Assembly: GCA_030390025.1 (NCBI GenBank)
Contig: CM059425.1
Coordinates: 173,168,001-173,232,000, forward strand
DNA length: 64,000 bases
DNA from: Squalus acanthias
Lineage: Eukaryota
Reading direction: 5' to 3'
Part shown: positions 12,068 through 22,368 of the stretch, in pieces
Layout of the letters: every line of letters begins with the position of its first letter
Position numbering within the stretch: the first letter of the stretch is position 1
Program-made: the position numbers and the translations under genes
Notes under the pieces: generated by a model
Databases searched by the model: none
What the model saw: only the letters and a program-made list of their open reading frames with translations
Told to the model about the DNA's origin: nothing

Positions 12068-14590
12068 GGGGAAAAATTTGGTTCTTTGCACCTTCCATTA
12101 GCGCTAAGAGGGCGCTAATGGGGTGCCAAGCAACTAGTGTCCGGGCGCAGCGCCGCCAACGCCTCCTGCGAAATTCAGCGGGAGGTTAGCGGCAGCGCTA
12201 ACCGTTAGTGCCCCGCGGAATTGCATCGCCGGCGATGATGTCATCACCATGCGCAGTGCCCCGGCTGCGATCTTTGGTAGCGCCCCCTGACTTACTGCCG
12301 GACGCTATGTCCGACGGGGTCAGAGGGGCCTACCTGCTGCCGGGGCGGCGCTATTTAAAGGCTAGGTGCCGGGCGGCCATTTTTGTTGCTGGCCGCCTGC
12401 CACCACCTGCCTCTGCTCCCGTCCCTGGCCTCCTGACCCGCCCCCCCACGGGGTGCCGGCTGCACTCCATGAGCCCAGCACTTCTCTTGTGTGCCGGGCT
12501 CTTTTGCCGGCACTCCAATCCCCGGTGGCCCAGCTGGGCCCTGGGTCGCGCTGTGGCAGGCCCCTCCCCTTTAAGAAGGGGAGGAAGGCCTGCAATACCG
12601 CGGTGTGATGTGCTGCTGCGCGTGGCGCTGCAGCACCTAGCGCTGCGATATTCACGATATTAACGAGGCTGCACGGCATTTTGGTGGATAGTGCTTGACC
12701 TAATGCCCTCTCCTAACAGCAACCAGTTGATTGGACATATACAAATCGTTTTTGAGGATTTCGAGTGCTATTTAAAGGTATATCACCTTTTACTGTTCAC
12801 TTGCTGCTGGAGGCTTGAAGAGGACTTTTGAAACACATTGGGAGACTTTCTGGTTCACTTTGTCAAGACTTCAGTAACACTTGAGCAATATTTATTCTGG
12901 AAATTCTCTGAGGACTTTACCTAAAAATAGTGAGTGTTGTGCTACTCTACCCTGTTGGACACCTTATAGGAGTCACCAGGAGAAAGGGAGAAATAAAAAC
13001 AGAAAATGCTGGAAATACTCAGCAGGTCAGGCAGCATCTGTGGAGATGAAGTGTAAATGGCAATGGCAGAATGATCGACAGCTGCCATGTGAGAGAGAAA
13101 AAAAAATGAAAAAACGATCGGGGCAGAGGTTATGGTCTAAAATTGTTGAACTCGATATTGAGTCCAGAAGGCTGTAAAGTGCCTAATCGAAAGATGAAGT
13201 GCTGTTCCTCGAGCTTATGTTGAGCTTCATTGGAACAATGCAAGAGGCCAAGGACGGAGAGGTCAGAGTGGAAGTGGGGCGGAGAATTAAAGTGACAGAT
13301 GACCGGAAGCTCGGGGTCACGCTTACGGACTGAACGGAGCTGTTCCGTAAAGCGGTCACCCAATCTGCGTTTGGTCTCCCCATTGTAGAGGAGACTGCAT
13401 CGTGAGCAGTGAATACAGTATACTAAATTGCAAGAAGTACAAGTAAATTGCTGTTTCACTTGGAAGGAGTGTTTGGGGCCCTGGACAGTGGGAAGGAAGG
13501 AGGTAAAAGAGCATGTGTTGCATCTCCCGCGCTTGCACGTGAAGGTGCCGGGCGAAGGGGAAGGGGTGTTGGGGTTGATAGAGGAGTGGACCAGGGTGTC
13601 GCGGAGGGAGCGGTCCCTGCGGAATGCTGAAAGGGGAGGTGAAGGGAAGATGTGTTTGGTGGTGGGATCACGCTGGAGGTGGCGGAAATGGCAGAGGATG
13701 ATCCGTTGAATGTGGAGGCTGTGGAGTGAAAGGTGAGGACAAGGGGGACCCTATCATGGTTCCCGAAGGGAGGGGAAGGGGTGAGAGCAGAAGTGCGGGA
13801 AATAGAATGGACACGGTCAAGGGCCGTGTCAACCACAGTAGAGGGGAATCCTCGGTTGAGGAAAAAGGAAGGCATGTCGGAAGCACTAGTATGGAAGGTG
13901 GCATCGTCAGAGCAGATGCGGCGGAGACGGAGAAACTGGGAGAATGGAATAGAGTCCTTACAGGAAGTGGGGTGGGAGGAAGTGTAGTCCAGGTAGCTGT
14001 GGGAGTCAGTGGGCTTATAGTGAATGTTTGTCAATAGCCTATCCCCAAAGAAAGGGAGTGCTTGGTCACCGGCATCTTGCTAGGGATCCCCCTTGGTTAA
14101 CAGGAGGAATGGGAGGAGGACATGAAGCCAGGCAGAGCAGCACCAGCTGCTGCAGGAGAGAGGGAGAGGAGGAACAGGACGGCGATGTGTACTCCTTCCC
14201 CCCCACCCCCCGGGGGTACAGGACATCCCTCCTCCTCTGGACCTCCTCCACCAGGACCTCCAGTTCCGTGTCCGAGAACCTGTGCGCCCTCTCACTCAGT
14301 CCCTGAGCCAAGCTGAAACCTGCCGCTATGTGTCAGCCTGCCCAATCACACCTTCAGTGGAAGTGGGTGCGTGAAGTCCACATATACTGCTCCACGAAAA
14401 TTGTGTCTAATCACCGCTAGAGTGCTAAACCTACAAGTGTCTGTTTTAGCACCTCCAGGCAAATCTTAATTATGGTAATCAGCAATTAGGACCAAAATTA
14501 CATGCTAAAACCAGACTTTCAAACAGGCGTGTCTTATTAGCACAGCACCCATTTAACACCTGTTTTCACCTTTGCAGCAAAATAACCCCC
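12068..14590. mobile_element. Internally deleted Harbinger (transposase-side terminus at left, Myb-like exon on the minus strand at right), interrupted by Penelope
   Basis: The left end GGGGAAAAATTTGG plus its subterminal sequence resembles the 6505 end and the 1091 MITE. A Myb-like RAHRFSDTELEVLVEEV lies at 14311-14215 (-). TAT flanks both sides, but the TIR match is poor. Confidence 0.6.
12990..14040 (-). mobile_element. Penelope-like element (RT C-terminus and GIY-YIG endonuclease)
   Basis: YKPTDSHSYLDYTSSHP...RLRRICS (PLE RT thumb) and FTCTSCNLVYCIHCSRCSLLYNGETKRRLGDRF (GIY-YIG); terminal sequence at 12990-13045. Confidence 0.9.
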
Positions 14591-14681
14591 TATGTTCCAG
14601 GGCCTAAAGTTCTACTTGTGCGAGGGTAGTTCTGACAATTCCTATCATGAGGAAAAAGAGGTGCAACAAGTAATATATATT

Positions 14682-15449
14682 GGGACAGATTTTGCTGTAG
14701 CAGGGCATCTAATGTCAGCTGCTGTTAGTTAGACTTGTTCGTGCACATTTACGTTTTAACATTTTTTGTGTGGCAGGTTGCTGGAAGTGCGAGCTGATAA
14801 CGGCATGGTGAGGTCAATGGGGCATCTGGTATCTCAGTGAACAGGGCAACCAACTGTGTATCTGCTTAACCGATCAGACTGAAGGACTGAGAAATAAACA
14901 GAGGAAGGACAGAGAAGGAAGTGTAAATTGGAGTGGGTGAATTCAATGTCAAATCAGGTACAGAAAGAGAGGGAAAGAAAGATTGGATTAAGAGAGAGGG
15001 AAAAAAGAGACAGAAAGGAAAAGTAAAACATTTTTAAATAAATTTTAAATTCGACATTTTTAAAATCTCCAACAATTAATACCTGAAGGAATGAGACCCC
15101 ACACTTGTAATCGTTATTTTTCAATGTGAGAGAGGCTGATTGGGAGTAATTAACAATTATCACATTGTTAAATTGGTACTTGCGCTTGTACTGACAAGAC
15201 TTAACTTTCTGTGGCGCATTTAGTTCGTATCTACGGCGCAAATACAGCAACTTCATGAAATACAATACATGTCAATGGTGAGGCAGACAGTGAAATGCCG
15301 TTTTTGCAAAGCTAACGGTAGAGAGGCGCAACTCGGATGGCAACTTTTGGCTATTGGCATTTAACCACGCATCTGCTCCTCGCCTGAAGTTGCTGTTACA
15401 TTTACACTTAAATAACGGCGAGTGCCATTATGACAGCAAAATCTGGCTC
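14682..15449. mobile_element. Harbinger-type MITE
   Basis: TIRs GGGACAGATTTTGCTGT / GAGCCAGATTTTGCTGT(rc) and an ATT TSD on both sides. Confidence 0.8.
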
Positions 15450-15559
15450 ATTGTGTTACACCTTCATTACAGAATTTTGAAATGGAATGCTCAGTGTAAC
15501 CAAAAATTAATAAGCTGGATCTTGCTTTTGTAAGGATACATCCAGCAGGTTGCGACTTT

Positions 15560-16030
15560 TTGCTACATTGCAAAATAGCTAAGGCCCAGCACGTACACTG
15601 CTTTCATCGATTCTTATAAGGGTTTCAACCTAATGCTTCATGCAGCCCTTGTGAAGAGCCTGGAAGCTATTGGTGTACATAGGTGAATTTTGGGTTTTAT
15701 CTGGGCTGTGCATTCTAGCTCAAAGATACATGTAAGATAGATGAAAGATTCATTGAGCCTATTTCTCTCAACAAGGGAATGAGGCAAGGTTGTCCACTAC
15801 CCCCTATCCTATTCAATGTTTACAACAATAATGTATTGGATGGCATTGTAAAGGAAAGTCTAGAAATGTCTGTTACAGGCATTTCTGAACGAATTATGGC
15901 ACTTGTTTTCATATTTTTGTTTGGGGAGTCAGTGGGCTCCACTCACCATTTTGAACAATGGGCTGACCAATGGGTTATGGTGGTGTTTTCCTATTCATTG
16001 GAAGATACAAATGGTGTTTGTGCCTGTTTC
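15560..16030 (+). mobile_element. Old non-LTR retrotransposon RT fragment
   Basis: GMRQGCPLPPILFNVY motif, preceded by a degenerate FIDxxKxF-like motif. Confidence 0.55.
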
Positions 16031-16352
16031 TATTGATTGCCAACTTTAGCTTGAACACAGTTCTTTTCACCCTGAGACGTATAGAAAAGACATTTTAGTC
16101 TTTCTTTTTGTTGCTTGTGGGACCTAGCTCGTGCAAATTAGCAGACACATATGCCTACATAACAACTTTATTAAAGTAATTGATTGGCTGTGAAGTACTC
16201 GTATGTCCAGGGTTCATGATTGGGTTGTAGAGAGGGAAGCAATTGAAACTGAAGTTCTGCACCTCTCCCTTGGGTACGGTAGCATAGTGGTTATGTTACT
16301 GGACTAGTAATCCAGTAGGACTGGACTAGTAATTCAGTAGGTCTGGACTAAT

Positions 16353-16537
16353 ACAAAAACAAAATACTGCAGATGCTGGAAATCTGAAATAAAAGCAGAA
16401 AATGCTGGGAATACTCAGCAGGTCAGGCAGCATCTGTAGAGAGAGAAACAGAGTTAACGTTTCAGGTCGATGACCCTTCATCAGAACTGATGCTGCCTGA
16501 CTTGCTGAGTATTTCCAGCATTTTCTGTTTTTATTTT
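16353..16537 (-). mobile_element. Short Penelope-derived hairpin element
   Basis: ~48-bp inverted arms (16387-16434 / 16489-16536) and a 14-bp TSD AGG[T/C]CTGGACTAAT; the arm matches the Penelope end at 12990-13045. Confidence 0.8.
16452..16488 (-). ncRNA. Minimal type I hammerhead ribozyme
   Basis: The minus strand reads AGTT-CTGATGA-A-GGGTC-ATC-GACCT-GAAAC-GTT-AACT: both core boxes, a 5-bp stem II, a 4-bp stem I and a palindromic stem III (AACGTT). Confidence 0.75.
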
Positions 16538-17439
16538 AGGCCTGGACTAATGATCCGTAAAGAGACGTGAGTTCAAATCCCACCACGGCAGCTGGGGAAT
16601 TTAAATTCAGAAAATTAAATTTTTTTTAATCTTGAATAAAAAGCTAGTATCAGTAATGGTGACCATGGAGCTACCAGGTTGTCGTAAAAACTCATCTGGT
16701 TCACTAATGTCCTTTAGGGAAGGAAATCTGCCGTCCTTACCCGGTCTGGCCTACATGTGACTCCAGACCCACAGCAACGTGGTTGACTCTTAACTGCCCT
16801 CTGAAATGGCAGCTCACCACCACCTTCTCAAGGACAATTAGGGATGGGCAATAAATGCTGGCCTTGCTGGTGATGCCCACATCCCATGAACGAATTTTTT
16901 AAAAAAACTGATGGATTCACAGCTTCATGAGATATGCTGTGTGTCCATGCTGTGGTCAGCAAGATGATGGCAATGAACTCACACGTTTTATGGTGATTTG
17001 TGTTACTCACCTTTGCTGCCTGTAATGATGCAGCATTCCCTCAGTATTGCATGAAATTTTCAGTGTTAAAAATTTCGGGTCTGCCTTATATATTCAGTGG
17101 TGCTGGTCACTCTTGTGATTGGTTCCCCATGTTATATTCAAGAGTTTGGCTGTACTGCCAATATCTAGTTGGATGATAGTGTAACCTAGAAGGCATAACA
17201 ATAGTATTCCCTGCCTTTATATATCACCTTTAACAAAAAGAAATGTCCCGAGGCACTTCACGAACAGTTGTAAGGAAAACCAATGACGAGCAGGAAGGAA
17301 GAGATTAGATGGGGTGACTGAAAGCTTGGTCAAAGAGATGTGTCTTAAGGGGATTTTTAAAGGTGGAGAGTGATGTGGAGATTCAGGGAACAAATTCCAA
17401 CAAGTAGAACCAAGGCAGCTGGAAGCTCTGCACCAATCA

Positions 17440-17835
17440 TCTTCTTCTTAGGCAGTCCCTCGGAACCGAGGATGACTTGCTTCCACACTAGAAATGAGTT
17501 CTCAGGTGACTGATGAGTCCAATGCTGGACCTACAGTCTCTGTCACAGGTGGGGCAGACAGTGGTTGAAGGGGCGGGTGGGTGGGGTTCTTGGGTTGGCG
17601 TGCGCTCCTTCCGCTGTTTGCGCTTGGCTTCTGCTTGCTCCCGGCAAAGAGACTCGAGGTGTTCGGCGCCTTCCCAGATGCTTCTCCTCCACTTTGTGCG
17701 GTCTTGGGCCAGGGATTCCCAGGTGTCGGTGGGGATGTTGCACTTTTTCAAGGAGGCTTTGAGGGTGTCCTTGAAGCGTTTCCTCTGCCCACCTGGGGCT
17801 CTCTTGCCGTGTCGGAGCTCCGAGTAGAGCAGGCA
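17440..17835 (-). mobile_element. RTE-clade LINE 3' end
   Basis: LLYSELRHGKRAPGGQRKRFKDTLKASLKKCNI...CPTCDRDCRSSIGLISHLRTH, with a (GAA)n tail. Confidence 0.9.
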
Positions 17836-19020
17836 ATAGTAGGGCAAAGTCTATCTTGGGAAAATTAAGTTCACCCAGTGTTATTGCCCTGTTGTTCTTG
17901 AGTATCTCTCCGAACTGTCTACCATCTGGGCATGCTACTGACTGAGCCAAGCTGACACTTCCAATGGAAATTTTCAAACAGCTCTGAATATAAATGTGTT
18001 AATACTTAGTGGGTACACTTTAATAAATGACAAGTATGGTCACTTTGATTTGCTCTTTTCTATGCGTTACTCAACAACAACTTCTGTTTGCATAATGTCT
18101 TTAATGTAAAAATAATCCCATGGTGCTTCACAAATAGGCATAGTAAAAATGAACGTCAGGCTAGGAGAGAAGAGATTAGGAGAGGTGACAAACAGCTTGG
18201 TTGAAGTGCTGGTTTAAGGAGGTTCTTAAAGGAAGAGAGTGGCAGAGAGGTTTGAGAGAGAGAATTCTAGAAAGAAGGAACCAGGCTAGTGGTGAATGAA
18301 ATTTAATAACTTCACAAGGTCAGCAAAGGTAGGTGAGTTGTCAGTTGAATAACAGCAAAGTTTACTGAAACACAAAGAGGTAAATGGGTATTTCCTGCCC
18401 CAATGTTCAAGCAATGACCTTTGGGGTATCACATGCCACCTTGTTCCTTGTCCCAGAAACACTAACCTGCCACCACTGGGATTAAATTAAGGACGCGACT
18501 GCTGCCAACGAACCGGAAGCGTTCTGCGCATGCGCGCTTCTGGTTCTGACCGATCTCATTTTCTCGACGATGGAACCCATTTGCGTATGCGCAGATGATG
18601 GCCGCGCCCCGAAAACGTGTTTAGATCTGGAGCTGGAACCGTGCACCTGACCTGCGGGAACCCATCTCCGAAGCTGCTGTGGCCTCTCTTGCACACGGCC
18701 GCTGGTGGTTGGCGGAGCGCAGAGCTCGGCTGGAGTTGCGGAGTTGCCGACTTTCGCCGGATGACCAGAGCCGCCTGCGGAGAGAGAGAGCCACGGCCCG
18801 GGCTGCTGGTGAGTGACGGGCTGAGCGTCCCCGGGACCCCGGCCGGCAGCTCTGTTCATCCGGAGAAAGGTCCGTTCCTCCGGCCAGTCAATCCCCGAAC
18901 CTCCGGAGCAACCGAACAATGACTGACCGCTTAATCCTGGACTGATATCCCTGCATTCCACAGAATCACCGAGCAGAGATCAGAAGGAGCGACTTAACCT
19001 GATTCTCCCCCTGTAATCTA

Positions 19021-19535
19021 GGGTCACTGGGTAATGATCAGGAGTCGGAACCTGGGCTGATTCCCCCACACTGACCCAGGGTCACTGGGTAATGATCAGG
19101 AACCTGGGCTGATTCCCCCACACTGACCCAGGGTCACTGGGTAATGATCAGGAGTCGGAACCTGGGCTGATTCCCCCACACTGACCCAGGGTCACTGGGT
19201 AATGATCAGGAGTCGGAACCTGGGCTGATTCCCCCACACTGACCCAGGGTCACTGGGTAATGATCAGGAACCTGGGCTGATTCCCCCACACTGACCCAGG
19301 GTCACTGGGTAATGATCAGGAACCTGGGCTGATTCCCCCACACTAACCCAGGGTCACTGGGTAATGATCAGGAACCTGGGCTGATTCCCCCACACTGACC
19401 CAGGGTCACTGGGTAATGATCAGGAACCTGGGCTGATTCCCCCACACTGACCCAGGGTCACTGGGTAATGATCAGGAACCTGGGTTGATTCCCCCACACT
19501 AACCCAGGGTCACTGGGTGATGATCAGGAACCTGG
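19021..19535. repeat. Minisatellite with 52/58-bp unit, ~9.5 copies
   Basis: GGGTCACTGGGTAATGATCAGG(AGTCGG)AACCTGGGCTGATTCCCCCACACTGACCCA; units start at 19021, 19079, 19131, 19189, 19247, 19299, 19351, 19403, 19455 and 19507. Confidence 0.95.
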
Positions 19536-20737
19536 TCAAGATGTGCTGTAGCCGATGTGTGATGTCTTCAGCTATACGGTACTTCTCACGGTTGTTGAGG
19601 GCCCGTGGCCGGGCTTTGGTAACAAAAACTCCAGGAGCAATGTCTACATCAACGTGTAGCCGTGATGATCGCCAACGGCTGTCGGGGGCAAGTCTCCCAG
19701 AGACAAACCCAAATGCCTCTGCACGACGATAGCATGTTTGCAGAGCAACAAATGCAGAAGGTGCAACTGCAGGTAGCTCGGCTGTCATGTGTCTGCAGAG
19801 TGTACTCCTTGTCACCAGAAGTCACAGTGACTGTGTCTGCTTCCTGCTGCTTGACGCTCACTGTATACAGGTTACGATAATTTTCCCGCATCTGCTTCAC
19901 TGCGTAATTGGTGAACTCTGCATAGAAGGACTGTAGATCTGCAGGTGTCTCTGCAACTTGCTTGAAAGAGGTCTTCTGCAAAAATGTGGTATAAGAGCGT
20001 TCCCCATCCAGGACCTCATTGTGGAGTGTCAGCGACTCAATGCACTCCTTCATGGATGAGGAGGAGTGGAGCAGGTGTTTTATCTTGCCAACTCGATCTG
20101 ATTATTGGTGTTATTCCCGAAAGTTAGAATGGTACTTCAGGAATATGGTACTTCAGGAATATGTTACCCACATCTCCTTCTGCGGAACCCAGTTCATTGC
20201 AAGATGCTCCTGCAGGGGTAGGTGAAGCTGCCCAATCCTATCTACACACGATGTCAGTTTCTCCTCTGAGCCTGCATGAACCATCTCCCTGCAGATGACA
20301 AACAATTGCTGCTTTCTAGGATGGTCCAATGTGTAGCTGCAGATCTTCCTCCTCACGTTCATTATAACATGGAATTGGCACAGTAGCATCGTGACAGCTG
20401 GGAGATGCTTCCGGAATGCATTCATCTCATTGATGTCCTTGTCCATAATTGCTCTCTTCACCCAATCCACGCAGGATCCCATCATTTCAACAAACACACC
20501 CACGATTTCAACCAGCATCTCAGCTATCTCATTCCTCATCATGGCATAAAACACAGCTCTGCCCCTGCCGATATTGTCCTGCACCATAATCTGATACAGA
20601 GGATAGCCATACTTGTTAATCTTGTATGTCCCATCAATAAACAGCAACTCGGGAAAGGCTTCCAGACGGGACTTCATTGCTGGTGTCATGAATGCAATGA
20701 TCTGAATGTCCTTTGCTTGCAGGCCAACACGCACCAT
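19535..20737 (-). pseudogene. MULE transposase with SWIM zinc finger (ZSWIM3-like architecture), disrupted
   Basis: FPELLFIDGTYKINKYGYPLY, IMDKD, LLCQFHV, W...TFGNNTNNQIE, CSC...LCKH (across a frameshift) and LNNREKYR; stops and frameshifts present. Confidence 0.85.
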
Positions 20738-20879
20738 TGCCCTGTTCCATTCAATCTTTTCCAGTGTTCTGTACTTCCAGTAATCAAGTACTTTGCAAAG
20801 TGTAATTTAGAGCCATTCTGACTGCCAGGCCCCAGACAGAACAGAGCTCACATAGAATAGGCAGGGCTCACCCTGACGG

Positions 20880-21150
20880 GCTAAGACCTTCTACCCTCCC
20901 CAAACAAGTTCCTTCCCCCCGAACAGGTTCTGAAACTTCCTCCCCCCTCCCCAGTTTCTGACCTTTTCCCCCCCCCCCAACCTAGATTCCTGACCTCCTC
21001 CCCCTGCCGAAGTTCCTCTCCTCCCCCCCCCCGGGTTCCTGACCTCCCCTGCCTAAGTTACCCCCCAACACCGGGTTCCTGACCTCCCCCTGTCAAAGTT
21101 CCTCCTCCCCCCCCCAACCCAACCGGGTTCCTTACCTTCTCCCCCCCGCA
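20880..21150. repeat. Degenerate C-rich repeat (GGGTTCCTGACCTCCCC-like units)
   Basis: Recurrent gttcctgacctcccc and aagttcct motifs separated by poly-C runs. Confidence 0.6.
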
Positions 21151-21514
21151 ATAGATGGGGCATTGTGTGTGGGTCACGGATTGCTAACAGGTTTATTGGG
21201 TATGAAGTGAATAGTGACAGTGTCACGACTTCCAGATTTTGTCCAGTCCAATGATGTCACTTGCCACACACACACTGAGCTTTCCGGGAAATCAACCAGG
21301 TCTAGGGGGAGGAGAGGGAGAAGGTGGTGCGGGTGTAAAGGGGGTGGGGTTGGAAGAACGTGATCCGTCTTACCATCTGGATCACGTTCTCTCACCACCC
21401 CACCTTTTAGACCTGAATCACGTTCTTCTCCCATCCCCAGTGTGCTCTCCATGCTCTTTACCCCCAAATTCTTGACATTTGATTTGCTTTGCTACTACCA
21501 TACGAAAGAAGAAA

Positions 21515-22010
21515 AGGGAGTGTAACAAACGTTCACCAGACTGATTCCTGGGATGGGGGGATTGTCCTATGAGGACAGATTGAGTAGACTAGGCCTATAT
21601 TCTCTAGAGTTTAGAAGAATGAGAGGTGATCTCATTGAAACATACAAAATTCTTACGGGGCTTGACAGGGTAGATGCAGGGAGGATGTTTCCCCTGGCTG
21701 GGGAGTCTAGAACCAGGGGTCACAGTCTCTGAATAAGGGGTCGGCCATTTGGGACTGAGATGAGAAATTTCTTCACTCAGAGGGTGGTGAATCTTTAGAA
21801 TTCTCTACCTGGGGGGCTGTGGAGGCTCAGTCTTTGAGTATATTTAAGACAGAGATTGCTAGATTTTTGGATATTAAGGGAATCAAGGGATATGGGGATA
21901 GTGCAGGAAAGTGGAGTTGAGGTAGAAGATCAGCCATGATCTTACTGAATGGTGGAGCAGGCTTGAGGGGCTGAATGGCCTACTCCTGCTCCTATTTCTT
22001 ATGTTCTATG
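21515..22010 (+). mobile_element. CR1 LINE 3' fragment inside the MULE
   Basis: FTRLIPGM...SLEFRRMRGDLIETYKIL...FFTQRVVNL, then a CR1 3' UTR and tail. Confidence 0.9.
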
Positions 22011-22016
22011 GGACTT

Positions 22017-22368
22017 NNNNNNNNNNNNNNNNNNNNNNNNNNNNNNNNNNNNNNNNNNNNNNNNNNNNNNNNNNNNNNNNNNNNNNNNNNNNNNNNNNNN
22101 NNNNNNNNNNNNNNNNNNNNNNNNNNNNNNNNNNNNNNNNNNNNNNNNNNNNNNNNNNNNNNNNNNNNNNNNNNNNNNNNNNNNNNNNNNNNNNNNNNNN
22201 NNNNNNNNNNNNNNNNNNNNNNNNNNNNNNNNNNNNNNNNNNNNNNNNNNNNNNNNNNNNNNNNNNNNNNNNNNNNNNNNNNNNNNNNNNNNNNNNNNNN
22301 NNNNNNNNNNNNNNNNNNNNNNNNNNNNNNNNNNNNNNNNNNNNNNNNNNNNNNNNNNNNNNNNNNNN
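22017..22368. other. Assembly gap (352 N)
   Basis: Run of N, directly adjacent to the 34-bp tandem array. Confidence 1.

Larger units (their letters stand above)
16272..16905 (+). mobile_element. tRNA-headed SINE with LINE-derived 3' tail (interrupted by a hairpin element)
   Basis: A box TAGCATAGTGG and B box GTTCAAATCC; the 3' ~85 nt closely match the LINE tail at 28330-28415. Confidence 0.85.

Noticed and set aside
17010..17186. Apparent minus-strand exon (ttctag ... AAG|GTGAGT)
   Set aside because: There are stops in all three frames and part of it resembles a decayed SINE.
17543..17977. 144-aa minus-strand ORF
   Set aside because: A chimera of a decayed CR1 endonuclease scrap (AITLGELNFPKID) and an off-frame RTE sequence.
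18482..18961. Protein-coding ORFs in the GC-rich left MULE end
   Set aside because: No recognisable domain and non-ATG starts; such ORFs are expected by chance in GC-rich DNA, although an accessory gene cannot be fully excluded.
19021..19535. CRISPR-like array (regular repeats with palindromes)
   Set aside because: There are no unique spacers and no cas genes, and the context is eukaryotic; it is a minisatellite.
19535..20737. Functional host ZSWIM3/ZSWIM1 gene
   Set aside because: It has in-frame stops and several frameshifts, and it is enclosed by TIRs and a TSD.
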